DNA of 64,000 nt. Origin: Octopus vulgaris (Eukaryota). The notes under the pieces are model-generated. The model was not told the DNA's origin. It worked only from the letters and a program-made list of their open reading frames with translations, and searched no databases. Both the position numbers and the translations under genes were made by a program. The stretch is from the NCBI GenBank assembly GCA_951406725.2, contig OX597835.1, positions 39,618,001-39,682,000 of the forward strand, read 5' to 3'. Shown one piece after another: positions 43,520 to 58,300 of the stretch. Numbering within the stretch: the stretch's first letter is position 1; each line of letters starts with the position of its first letter.

Positions 43520-43885
43520 CATTATTATTATTATTATTATTATTGTTATTATTATTATTATTATTATTGTTGCTATTGTTATTGTTGTTGTTGTTGCTGT
43601 TGTTGTTATTACTATCATCATCATCATCATGATTATTAGCATCATCATAAAAATCTCTTCTCTTGCTCTTTAAGTAAATTTTAATATTATCATGTCCGTT
43701 TAATTACTTGCCTCTCTCCCCCTCCTCCCCCCATTACTCTCCATCTCGTTTCCGCATCTCCCTCCTTTTTCTCTTACGTTCACATACACACACACACACA
43801 CACATTGATTTACACATACAGACCAACGAAACGGTTTACACATTTCAGATATAATAAACACTATCACGCACATATTTTGATACAT

Positions 43886-44108
<223 letters not shown>

Positions 44109-44415
44109 CATACACACGCATTCACATACTTCTACACACACACCTGCGCGCACAAGACACCAGCCTCGTTTTGACGCCAATATAGCTAGTTCGATTATAA
44201 AACACTATCAGCTTAATTTAAAATCGAAAAATAATCTATAAATAATAATAATAAAAAGTAAAAAGAGGAGCAAAATAACAATAAAAATTTGAAAAATGAT
44301 AATAATAATTCCCTTTATTATTAATCATAATTCATATCGTATTAAAATCTGAATTTAATTCAGAAAAGTACTATTATGAATTTATTCGCCGTTAAACTTT
44401 TTATACAATTATCTA

Positions 44416-44481
<66 letters not shown>

Positions 44482-45063
44482 TACCATTATTATTATTATT
44501 AATATTATTATTAGTGTGTCTTTTGTCGTCGCCATCTATTGTTGTTCTGGTTGTGGTTGAGGTGCTTGTTGATGTTTCTCAGCCGTTTAATCCTTACAAA
44601 CGAGATTTATTCAATTAATTTTTAGATAGATAGGTGAAGAAAAAAAGCCTATCGTTTTAAATTGCGTGTACTAATTAAACTACCAAGACCATCAGCAATT
44701 TATATCAGACGATGAGAGAAAGAGAGAAAGAAAGAAAACACAAAGAAAAAAAGAAAACGAAAAATTTACCGAAAAATATGGTTCAACATTTATAAACTAT
44801 AGCCTGTCTATCTATCGGTCTTTTGTACCTACACACACACATATATATATGTAAATATATATATATATATATACATACATATATATATATATATGTGTAT
44901 GTATATATATATACATATATATAAATATATACATATATATATACATATACATATATATATATATGTATACATATGTATTTATATATATACATACATACAC
45001 TCATACACACACATACACATGTATGTAAGTATATATGTATACATATATATATGTATATATATG

Positions 45064-45096
<33 letters not shown>

Positions 45097-45569
45097 GTAT
45101 ATATATGTACATATATATATATATATATATACATACATATACATATATATATGTATACATATGTATTTATATATATATATATATATATATATACATACAT
45201 ACACTTACACGCACACACACACATATATATATATATAAACATACATTCGGTGCTTTCTTCCAAAGAAACTATTGCTCTTAGCTTAGTTTTCCCTTGGGGC
45301 TGGCCAGATTGGAGCAATCTCAAGATTAATCAGCCGAAATTGCGAAGATGATTCGGTTCTTGACTGAGGATAGAAAGCTTCGATTGACCGCCTTTGTTTT
45401 TTTTGTATCGTCTATCTTTTTGCATCACCTAGTTGTCCGGATGTTTTGCGTTCTTATCCCATTTTGTATTTGATATATATATATGGAGAGAGAGAGAGAG
45501 AAAGTGGTATGTATCAATGTGTATATGTGAATATAGTGAAGGTGTAGAGCCTCGTACATACAATATTTA

Positions 45570-45942
45570 GATAGCGGTATTTCGTCTGCCGCTACGTTCT
45601 GAGTTCAAATTCCACCGAGGTCGACTTTGTCTTTCATCCTTTCGGAGTCGATTAAATAAGTACCAGTTACGCACTGGGGTCGATGTAATCGACTTAATCC
45701 CTTTGTCTGTCCTTGTTTGTCCTCTCTGTGTTTAGCCCCTTGTGGGTAGTAAAGAAATAGGTATTTCGTCTGCCGTTACGTTCTGAGTTCAAATTCCGCC
45801 GAGGTCGACTTTGTCTTTCATCCTTTCGGGGTCGATAAATTAAGTACCAGTTACGCACTGGAGTGGATGTAATCGACTTAATCCATTTGTCTGTCCTTGT
45901 TTGTCCCCTCTACGTTTAGCCCCTTGTGGGGAATAAAGAAAT
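45570..45942 (+). mobile_element. SINE family B tandem dimer
   Basis: Two ~190-bp units joined by aaagaaataggtatttcgtctgccg. Confidence 0.85.
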
Positions 45943-46242
45943 TAGATATATATAATTCGTTTTTAAGGGTGAAATTCGAAGTCGATAAAGCAATAAAAAA
46001 ACATGCAAATGTCGAGTCATAAACTCTTGGAATAAAAAAAAAGTTGGAGTTTTCAAATTCTTATAACCGCGCGCGCGCTCGTATGTGTGTGTACATTATA
46101 TGTATACATACATATGCAAGCACACACACATATATATATAGCAATAGGTAAGAACAATCCAGGGATTCAAGTGTAGGAACTTAATAAGCCTCAAGCATCT
46201 ATGCATATGTGTGTGTGTGTATGTATGTATGTGAAGCCCCAC

Positions 46243-46311
<69 letters not shown>

Positions 46312-47138
46312 AAGGTAATCAGAATGTTATGATTATATATACATTTTTTGCGCTTTCTTCTGTTATCGGATTTATCAAAAAGTGGTATAAAGTTTGATTT
46401 CTTGGCCTTTTTATATATAAATTCCACAGAAAATTCTACTGAGCAAACATTTGGAAATATGTAGAGAAGGAAAAAGAAAAGTTCAAGGGTCCAAAAGCAA
46501 ATGGAACTGTACTTCACAAAAAAAACGTCCTCAACAAAAATTAATATAACTATATATTTTTTTCAAATTCCACCTGTGAGAATTCTATATGAATTTGATT
46601 GTATATATGTTAAAGATGATCCCAAGCCATTGCTAAAACCTTTTTACCACATGGTTGTTGGACCTTGCAAAACACTTCAGATTCCGAAATTCTATAAGAT
46701 CAATTGCATTCCTTCTTCTGTACTTGGCTCTCTTTCTCCTTTAGAAAATTCTAGTTTGATGCTTTAAAACATATTCAAAACAAAATAGCCAACCAGTAAT
46801 AGATGAATTTGGAAATATAATTCTGCTTTTTTAAAATTCCATTTTGTAGTCTGAAGGACAAATACTCGAACAAGAATCAAGAATAGAGGTTGAAATGACC
46901 AAAACTTTCCAAATTTATTTAACCACAAAAATGAATCTTTAATTGTATTTATTGCTTATTTTAAAAAAAAAATCATAATGTGTACTTATGTATGAGTGGT
47001 GTGTGTATGTGTGCACAAATATGAATATGTACAGTACATATATAGATATCTTTGAGTGTGTGTGTGTTTATATATATATATATGTATGCAGATATATATG
47101 TATGTATGTACGTATGTGTGTATATGTATATATGTATG

Positions 47139-47240
<102 letters not shown>

Positions 47241-47825
47241 CATATACATATAAATATACATATACATATATATGAAATTGTGTAATGTATAGTGAACTCA
47301 AAAATCACTCTTTCGAAAACATCTAGAATTTCAATAAAAAAAGTTGACCACAGCCATACAACTATTCTTTAATAAATACAAAAGAAAAAGACATGGAAAT
47401 GCAATTATAATTTTTACTGAAGAAAGTAAAAAAAATACGGATTTTCAATTAAAATTTGACCAATTCAAATGCAAAACTTCTTTTTCCCTTCACACCTTAA
47501 AAAGCCGCCATGTACTAAACAAACAAGTCTGACCATACCTATACAACAGCCACGCCTCTTTACCTCTCCCGCCTTCTCAAATATTTTTTCTTCTTCCTTC
47601 TACCTTTCTTGGCAAGTCACAAAAATTTTTTTTATATATAAAAAGGCCAAGAAATCTAACTTTAAACCACTTTTTGATAGATCCGATAACAAAAGAAAGC
47701 GCTGAAAAATGTAAATAAAAAGCATAATAATCATCCAACATTCTGACTACCTTATTGTTCCAAATGTTCAAAATCTGTACATCATTTCAAAAACTGTCTC
47801 TTTCTCTCTCTCTCTCACTCTTTCT

Positions 47826-47878
<53 letters not shown>

Positions 47879-47918
47879 TATGTATATATATATATTTATA
47901 GAATATATATATATATAT

Positions 47919-48714
47919 TCCACAGGGAATTTCAATCCCAGAGCCTAAGTCTGTGAGGGACCTGGGTATCGACATAAGTGATGATACCTCTTTCCAAGTG
48001 CACATTACCAGGATGGCGACAAAGTGCAGACGACTGGCTGGGTGGATCCTAAGAACATTCAGAACCAGAGATAAGGAAACCATGATGGTCCTCTGGCGGA
48101 CATTCGTCCTCAGCCGCCTGGATTACTGCTCACAGCTATGGTCACCCACCAGTGTGAAATTAACAGCGGACCTTGAAGCAATCCAGAGAAAATTCACAAA
48201 GAAGATCGTCACTTTGCAACAGCTCAGCTACTGGGAAAGGTTGAAACAGCTAAGACTCTACTCCCTGGAGAGAAGACGGGAGAGGTATGCAGTAATATAT
48301 GTCTGAAAGATCCTGGAAGGAATTGTGCCAAATTTTGGCATTGAAAGCTACACCAATGCTAGAACGGGACGACACTGCATAGTGCCAAAGATTCCAGCAA
48401 TGCCATCACGCTTCAGGACCAGTTACTGCAACAACCTGAGTTTCAAGGGCCCACAGCTTTTTAATATTCTCCCAAAGAGTCTGAGGAACTTGCACAAAGT
48501 AGATGTAGCGGTTTTTAAATCAAAGCTGGACATCTTCCTGTCGAGAGTCCCAGATGAACCTACCTCACGGCAAGAGGTGCAAATGAGAGTAGCTATATTA
48601 AACTCCATTCTTCACCAAGTGCCACATATTAGACGAGGTTCTTCGTAATAACAGTGTAGCACAAAACGGCGGTGCATCAGCATGGCCGCAGCTCTGAGCT
48701 GAAACTAGAGAAAG

Positions 48715-48717
<3 letters not shown>
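47919..48717 (+). mobile_element. CR1-type LINE, 5'-truncated (ORF2 C-terminus plus 3' UTR)
   Basis: VRDLGIDISDDTSFQVHI...GWILRTFRTRDKETMMVLWRTFVLSRLDYCSQLWSP...LEAIQRKFTKKI...SYWERLKQLRLYSLERRRERY, one in-frame stop, 3' tail stem-loop. Confidence 0.92.
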
Positions 48718-48766
<49 letters not shown>

Positions 48767-49292
48767 TCTATAATTATAAACATAAATATATTTATAGGTC
48801 AGGTAATTGCTTCACCACATACCAAAATTTAGAAATGGGAGTTAAAGATTCCAAACTTCTACTGTAAGAATCTATATATATACATATATATATAATATAA
48901 CTAATACATATATAATATAGATTATATAGATATATATGCATATCTATATATATATACTTAATATATAATATAAATATTACATATATAATATAGGTAAAAT
49001 ATATATATGTGCGTGTGTGTGTATGCATACATAGGTACAGGGGGTTACCAGTTGTTAGCTGTCTATCTACTCCTCATCTCGAGCACTGAACTACACACAC
49101 ACAGAACTCCCTTCACAAATATTTCATTTGACTAGGTCCATGCTGCAGCACCACGTTAAGGGGTTTTTATCGAACAAATCCACCCCAGGGCTTATTCTTT
49201 GTCAGTCTAGATAATTATTCTATCAGTTGACAAGGGATGTTGGGGGAGGAACACAGACACAAACACACATGTATATACATCCATATATACAC

Positions 49293-49358
<66 letters not shown>

Positions 49359-49834
49359 GACAGGCTTCTTTCGGTTTCCATGAGTCAAATCCACTCACAA
49401 GACTTTGATCGACTCGAGGCTATAGTAGAGTACACTTGCCCAAGGTGCCACGCAGAGGGACTGACCCCGGAACTATGTGGTTGAGAAGCAAGCTTCTTAC
49501 TATCATGCTACGTGTTCGCCTATAGTATATATTCTATTTCTCGCTCGCTCGCTCTTTAACGTGGCTTTATGGTAAGAAGCTTGCTTCCAAACCACATGGT
49601 TCCGAGTTCAGTCCTTGGGCAAGTGTTTTCTCCTATAGTCACGGACAACCAAAGCCTTGTGAGTGGATTTGGTGAACGGAAACTAAAAGAAGCCTGTCAT
49701 ATATATATGCTTAGTACTTATTCAGTCGGGGATCTTTTGCTGGCCCGCTAAGTTACGGTGACGTAGACACACCAACGTCGGTTGTGCAAGCGATGTCGGG
49801 GGGCGGGCAAAAACACACACACACACACATATAT

Positions 49835-50056
49835 AGGCGCAGGAGTGGCTCTGAGGTAAGCAGCTTGCTTACCAATCACATGGTTCCGGGTTCAATCCTA
49901 CTGCGTGGCACTTTGGGCAAATGTCTTGTACTGTAGCCTCGGGCCGAGCAAAACATTGTGAGTGGATTTGGTAGACGGAAATTGAAAAGAAGCCCGTCGT
50001 GTATATATATATATATATATAGCATGGAGAACGGACGTTAAACGATGATGATGATG

Positions 50057-50103
<47 letters not shown>

Positions 50104-50125
50104 TATATGTACATATATATATTGT

Positions 50126-50170
<45 letters not shown>

Positions 50171-50808
50171 CACACATGTATATTATATTCTTTAACTTCT
50201 TTCAGTCACTGCCTTTAGTCGAGCAAATCGACCCAAATCGATACTTTGTAAGCTTAGTACTTATTCAATCGAGGTATTTTGCTGGCCCGCTAAGTTATGG
50301 AGATGTAGACACACCAGCGTCGGTTGTCAAGCAAGGTCGGTGGGGGGAGCAGACCGACAGACACACACACACACATATACATACATATACATACATACAT
50401 ACATACATACATACATACGCAGGAGTAGCTGTGTGGTAAGTAGCTTGCTTACCAACCACATGGTTCCGGGTTCAGTCCCACTGCGTAGCACTTTGTGCAG
50501 GTATCTTCTACTATAGCCTCCGGCCGACCAAAGCCTTGTGACTGGATTTGGTAGACGGAAACTGAAGGAAGCCTGTCGTGTATATGTGTGTGTGTGTTTG
50601 TGTGTCAGTGTTTGTCCCCCCAAAATCGCTTGACAACCGATGCTGGTGTGTTCATGTCCCCGTAACTTAGCGGTTCGGCAAAAGAGACCGATAGGATAAG
50701 TACTAGGCTTACAAAGAATAAGTCCTGGGGTCGATTTTCTCGACTAAAGGCGGTGCTCCAGCATGGCCACAGTCAATGACTGAAACAAGTAAAATAGTAA
50801 AGAGTAAA
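49835..50808. mobile_element. Cluster of SINE family A copies (49835-50000 +, 50200-50350 -, 50417-50808 + near full length)
   Basis: Colinear with 368-912. Confidence 0.85.
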
Positions 50809-51376
50809 GTGTATATACATAAATATATATTTGCGTATATGTTATGTATATACTTTATCCTTTTACAAATATACACACATATTTACGTACATACATACAT
50901 ACATACATACATACATACAATACATACAAACATACATACATACATACATACTTACAGACATAGTATGTGTTTCTATGTCTGCGAGATAGCATTGAAAACT
51001 CCACTGGCATCTAATCAAAATGTGTTGTAGACTCTTAATTTCAAAACCAAACACAAAAAACAGGTCTTTATATATATTTATTGATTTATTTTGTTATAAT
51101 ATCGTAATTGGTGAACAATAGCTTCGTTGGTTACACGTTTCCAACGGCCCAATCTGCATTTCTGACGGCGAGAATGACAAAGGAGTATCTTGTAACACGG
51201 TGCAGAACAATAATCTCAAAGGACTGCGTTTGTTTCGAAGAGCACCGGTCATGTTTCTTTTTCTATTTTGCTGTTTATTTTTGTTGCTTGCTTATTTTCT
51301 CGCCGATGTTTAGAACATCCTCCTATGCCGTTTATATATAGCAGCGGAAGGTTTACACATACACACATCCGTAAGA

Positions 51377-51480
<104 letters not shown>

Positions 51481-51497
51481 ATATGTATATATATATA

Positions 51498-51533
<36 letters not shown>

Positions 51534-51546
51534 CATATACGCATAT

Positions 51547-51608
<62 letters not shown>

Positions 51609-52561
51609 GGAAGATAGAGAAGAAGGGAAAGAGAGCGTGTGAGAGTAGGAGTCAAGACGGGATGAAGAGAGAAGGGGACAAAGAGTAAGAGATAGAGAAA
51701 TAGACACACAGAGGTGGGAAAGAGAGAGAGAGACACACTCAGAAACACGATTTGAGATATTAATTGACCAAGTAATGTCCCTTTATAAACACATTACTGC
51801 TGACCTCTCTTGTCTGTGGAGAGAATATTAGGTGACATCAACACCAAGGTTCTTTTATTATATTTATCAACGAATGAGTTTATTGTTTCGGTTCTTTTTT
51901 TCTTTCTTTTTTGTTGCTGGGGAAACAAAGGATTATTGTTGTTGTTGTTGTTGCAATTATTAGTTCTTCATTTGCTTGTTTATTTGTTTCATATTTTTAG
52001 GTTTTTTTGTCATGTTTTGCTTTATGTTTTATGTTTGTCTTATTTTATCAACAAGAGACGCCATTTTTAAGTTCATCTCTCGAAATTGTTACTATTGTTT
52101 GTTAAATTTTTATTTTACTTTTTCATTTTTTTTCTCATTGTGTTACCATTATTGTTATTATTATTGTTTAACCCCAGGTCAACCCTGATCAAGCCACACC
52201 TATAAATGAAAGCCGTGGCCATACCGTCTTCATCGATTTTGGTAGTGGATAATAGAAGGAGAGACTCGTGACTTCATTACGAGATGTATCCTTCCATTTT
52301 TCTATGACGGGGATATAATTTGAGGGAGATTTGGCTGCTATGTCCAGCAGGATCGTTTGTATATGTGATAATAAACACAGCAGATGCTGCTCGTAGACCA
52401 CTGTTCATTTACCACTTTCTAAAATTTTTTTATTGTTTCATTCTTTTACTTCCTTTTCTTTCTCTTAGATTCTTTCATTTTGGTTTTCATCATCATCTTC
52501 ATCATCATCATCATCATCATCATCATTATTATTATTATTATTAATATTATTATAATAATTA

Positions 52562-52614
<53 letters not shown>

Positions 52615-52686
52615 CAATTATAATTATTATTATGAATTTATTTACTTATGTTGGTCTATTTCGAGTCAGTTCGAAGGTCACCGTTG

Positions 52687-53283
<597 letters not shown>

Positions 53284-53339
53284 TTACATCATCGATTACG
53301 CATTGTATACACTTCACAAGTCTTAAATACATATATGTA

Positions 53340-53861
53340 CCGTAAATCCTCGTGTATAGTCCGCTCTTGAGTATAATACGCAGGGGATTTTTAGGGGGTT
53401 GTACCTCTGAAAAACTTAAACCTTGTGTATAATACGCACCCCTTCTCTAACTTGAGTCGTGCATAATTAAGCCAGCAGCACCTAGTCGAACAAACACTTC
53501 AGCGCATGCGTAATGCAATAATGGTGATGTACTTAATTGTTATATGGGAATGTAAATATGTTTGCAAATTGTTTTTGTTACATGTTATTCTGTGTTCTGA
53601 ATACTTTTATTTTAATAAATGTTGCTTACAGCAAGTTATGGATGATTCTTTTATGACTTCATTGCTTTCAGGCTTAGCTTAAGTTATTTTCGAGCCCGGC
53701 ATCACAAAATGCGTCCGAATAAACATTGCCGGGCAGCAAATAGAGATTCGGACATTGCTTAGAAGATATTTTTCATTTTTAACCTCGTATATAGTACGCA
53801 CTAGGGATTTTTACCATTAAATTTTAGGAAAAAAATGCGGATTATACTCGAGGATTTACGG
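53340..53861. mobile_element. Tc1/mariner-pogo-type MITE in the Msx intron
   Basis: TIR ccgtaaatcctcgtgtata / tatactcgaggatttacgg, flanked by TA at 53338-53339 and 53862-53863. Confidence 0.9.
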
Positions 53862-54156
53862 TATACATAAATATATATGCACACATACAATTGTGCAATT
53901 GCATGTAGCGACGCACCGAACAGGACTACTCTTCAAAATATATTCCGGATATTACAAAATCGTCTCTACCGTATAAGGCAAAATCAAGCCATTGTACAAA
54001 AGATTGGTATAATGGAAAAACATTCTTTTGGAAACAAAAATATCCTTTAAAAATCTGAGAAATGCCCAATAATAAACAATAATAAAAACTCTTAACACAT
54101 GCTAAAGCCGTAATGAGTATTTCATTAGAATTCCGAAACTATATAATTTGGAAGCA

Positions 54157-54460
54157 GAGGTGCAATGACCCAGTGGTTAGGGCAGCGGACTCGCGGTCGG
54201 AGGATCGCGGTTTCGATTCCCAGACCGGGCGCTGTGCGTGTTTATTGAGCGAAAACAACTAAAAAAGATCCACGAGGCTCCAGCAAGAGGTGGTGGTGAC
54301 TCCTGTTGTACTCTTTCGTCACAACTTTCTCTCACTCTCTCTTCCTGCTTCTTGAGTAACGCTGCGATGGACTGGCGTCCCGTCCAGCTGGGGGGAACAC
54401 ATACGCCACAGAAACCGGGAAACCGGGCCCATGAGCCTGGCCAGGCTTGAAAAGGGCGAC
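54157..54460 (+). mobile_element. SINE family C
   Basis: Head gacccagtggttagggcagcggactcgcgg, core gcgatggactggcgtcccgtccag. Confidence 0.85.
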
Positions 54461-54525
54461 GTTTATCGTTTATACAATTAGGAAAGGTATACAGCAGTGC
54501 TGCTCAGCCTCTGTGTGTGTGTCTA

Positions 54526-54708
54526 TGGACGCCCTTGGTATAATATCCAAATGGCAAGAACAGGTTTGTAGAAGCAGTGGTCTCCTTTGATTCTCATAAA
54601 GGGTCACTGCAGCAGGGAACACAATACTTTAAGCTTCACAAACGTCTTCAGTTTTTCAAGCTCAGCTGGATCCCGCCACCACCATAGCCATTCGAATTTT
54701 CAAACAAT
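54526..54708 (-). pseudogene. Decayed partial duplicate of the Msx terminal exon (post-homeodomain C-terminus) inside the Msx intron
   Basis: Colinear with 52707-52917, e.g. tggtataatatccaaatggc vs tggtataaaatccaaatggc and ttcagtttttcaagctcagct in both. Frameshifted peptides AELEKLK / SIVFPAAVTLYENQ / LFLPFGYYTKG correspond to AELEKLK / [14 protein letters not shown] / [11 protein letters not shown]. Confidence 0.85.
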
Positions 54709-54825
54709 CCTATAATATATTTATAATTAAATATTACTAGGAATTCTATAAAAAATAAATTATAATAGTTTGTGTATTGCTAAAGTATAATCAATTTATT
54801 ACACATAAACCTTATCGTATATAAT

Positions 54826-55126
54826 GTTTGTTCCTTCTCGAGTCAGGCCTGGCTCATAAGGGCCGGTTTCCCGGCTTCCTTGGCGTATAGGTTCCCCACC
54901 TGGGCGGGAGACCGGTCCGTCGCAGGTGAGCTGCAAGATGCAGGAGGAAAGAGTGAAAGAAAGTTGTAGCGAAAGAGTCAGCAGAAGTTCGCCATCACCT
55001 TCTGCCGGAGCCGCGTGGAGCTTATGTGTTTCGGTCATAAACACACACATCGCCCGGTCTGAGATTCGAACCCGCGATTCCTCGACCGCGAGTCTGCTGC
55101 TCTTACCACTAGGCCATGTGCCTCCA
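54826..55126 (-). mobile_element. SINE family C (inverted relative to 54157-54460)
   Basis: Reverse complement of family C. Confidence 0.85.
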
Positions 55127-57869
55127 CTATCGTATATAATATACTATATGAACTCCACAATATGCCAAACGAAACCCGGGAGGTCAAATGCAATCAATCA
55201 TTCGTATGATATTTAAAATATAAGTTAGAGTACATATTCATTGACCGGTCATACCAAGCTAGACAAATTCGCCACAGACACACACCGTGTAGCATTTGTC
55301 TCGTGATAACATCTCTTGTCTTAAAACTCTTTTGTCATTTACTTGTTTCAGTCATTAGAGTGCGGTCATGCAGTTCGTCTAACCTTACAAAGCGATGCAC
55401 CAGCAAGGGCGCAATCCAATGGCTGAAACAAGATAGTAAATAGAATAAATAGATTCATACTTGTCTCAGTTACTGGAGTGCGGCCACGCTGGAGTGCGGC
55501 CACGCTGGAGTACAGCCGTTTACAAGGGTTTTAGGTAGAACGAATTGACTTTAGCATCTATTTTGTCAAGTCTGCTTATTGTATCGGTCAGAAATTTGCC
55601 GAACCACTAAGTTAAAGGTAATTAATACTGGTTACCAGGTGATAGTGAGGGACAACCACGAACACACACACACACACACACACATAAATATATACATACA
55701 TGTATAACAGACTTCTTTCAGTTTCTGTCTACATAATCCACTGACATGGGCTTGGGTTGGACCGGGGCTATATATATTTCTTTATTACCCACAGGGGGCT
55801 AAACATAGAAGGGACAAACAAGGACAGACAAAGGGATTAAGTCGATTACATCGACCCCAGTGCCAAACTGGTACTTTATTTATCGACCCCGAAAGGATGA
55901 AAGGCAAAGTCGACCTCGGCGGAATTTGAACTCAGAACGTAACGACAGACGAAATACGGCTACGAATTTCGCCCAGCGTGCTAACGTTTCTGCCAGCTCG
56001 CTATATAACAGACCACAAGCACCCAGGGTGCCACGCAGTGGGACTGAACCCTAAATCATGTTCGTTGGTAGCAAACCACACAGCTACGCCCGCACCCTAC
56101 AGACACACACACATACACACACGCAAATAAACGGAAGGATATAGCTACACCCAGACATTCAACCGATATCACTATGATCACCACGACCATCACCCCCTAC
56201 ACCTACACAACTATGATCGCCGCTCACATGTCTACTGTGCTCGGTGTGCTGTTTTTGTAGATGGACCGCAGATAGGGTGAGTGACCAGCGGGTGGAGGGA
56301 CGGGGTAGAACAGAAATCAGCAAGTCGGACCTTGATGAAATGATAGAAAATATAGTGGCAGCAGATTAAGAGGATACAGACCCATTGGAGATAGATCTAG
56401 GGACATTTCAAAAAGAATTTTACATGCATACTCATGTAAATATGTGTGTGTGTGTTTGAAAAAGCACACACACACGCAGAGACAGAGAGAGAGGGAGAGA
56501 GAAAGAGAGAGAGAGAGGCGGAGGCATGGCCTCATGGTTAACAAGTTCGCGTTGCAAACCTGTAGTTTCAAGTTCATTTCTACTGCGTGACATCTTAGGT
56601 CGATATCTTCTATTATATGGACTTAGGCCGACTACATATATATGTATATATAATATATATACACACACACATACACACATACATATATATGCACATACAT
56701 AAATGTATATATGTATATATATATACATACATACATGTATATATGTATATACATACATACATACATACATGTATATATTTATATACATACATACATACAT
56801 ACATATATACACAAATAGACCTCTCTTTCATTTTTTTCTTTCTTTCCCTCTCTCTCTTCTCCTCTCCTCCGAAGGTTGCAAACTCCTTTGCCCTTCTTTC
56901 CATTACTGTCCACTTTTCATGTACTCCTCTCACCCTCACTCTTACATATTACCTGCCACCTACACACCTACTCTTATTCCTAAACTAATCAGACGCCCCT
57001 CTTCCCCCCACCCCGCTGTCCTGGTCGTCATTTTTACTCCGTTCAATCAGGCGACGCCGTATCTCCGAAGTCCAGCGCCAAAATGTCTCAAACATAGAAG
57101 GGCGGCAGAATGCGGATGGTATACTATATATGCTGCTGTCTCCATCTTTCAGACAGGACACACACACATTCACACACACTCACACACACACAGACGCACA
57201 CTCACACACACACTCTCACACACACACAAACACACACTCAGACTTACACACACTCACACTTACACACATTCACACACTCACACGCTCACACACACACACA
57301 GACATTGAAGCTCGATCGTTTCAGCTACACAAAACCAATTGCACTCTTCAACATCAAGGAGAGAAAGCGAAAGAAAAGTTCTAACACACACACACACACA
57401 TTCACACACACACACACACACACACATACACACAGATACACCCACACAGAGATAAATGCGTAAGGAGAAATTGGACGACGTCACCAATGACAACAACGAT
57501 TTTAGTGGTGATGTATCGTCGTTCAACCTCTCCACTCAATCAAACGACGCCTGTAATTCTTGTATTCCTCCCACCGCCACTCCACTTTGCCTCCGACTTT
57601 CCCTAACTTCCTTTTCTTTCTCTCATCCTCTTCTTCTCTTCTTCCCTATCCGTCTTCCATATTTTTTCCGTAATCCCTTTTCCTCTTTATATCTTCATCT
57701 TCTCTGGCCGTTTACTTCCATTTTCTTCAGTTCTGCTTTTCGCCATTTTCCCACTCTCCTTCTTTCATCTTCTCGTTCTTGTATCTGCTGGAGAACTGCA
57801 TTTAAAGGTTTCAGTCTGTTGGTCCTCAACCACGGTCCACATGACTCTTAGGGGCTCATACAATATTTT

Positions 57870-58300
57870 TGTTATTAAAATTTTCTACAATACTCTTTTA
57901 CTCTTTCATTTGTTTCAGTCATTTGACTGCGGCCATGCTGGAGCACCGCATTTAGTCGAGCAAATCGACCCCGAGACTTATTCTTTGTAAGCCCAGTACT
58001 TATTCTATCGGTCTCTTTTTGCCGAACCGCTAAGTTACGGGGACGTAAACACACCAGTATCGGTTGTCAAGCGATGTTGGGGGACAAAAACAGACACACA
58101 AACCCACACACACACACATACACATATATACATATATACGACAGGCTTCTTCCAGTTTCCGTCTATCAAATCCACTCACAAGGCATTGGTCGACCCGGGG
58201 CTATAACAGAAGACACTTGCCCAAGACGCCACGCAGTGGGACTGAACCCGGAACCATGTGGTTGGTTAGCAAGATACTTACCACGCAGCCACTCCTGCGC
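57870..58300 (-). mobile_element. Full-length SINE family A with ~23-bp TSD
   Basis: cttaggggctcatacaatatttt at 57847-57869 and 58301-58323. Confidence 0.9.
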
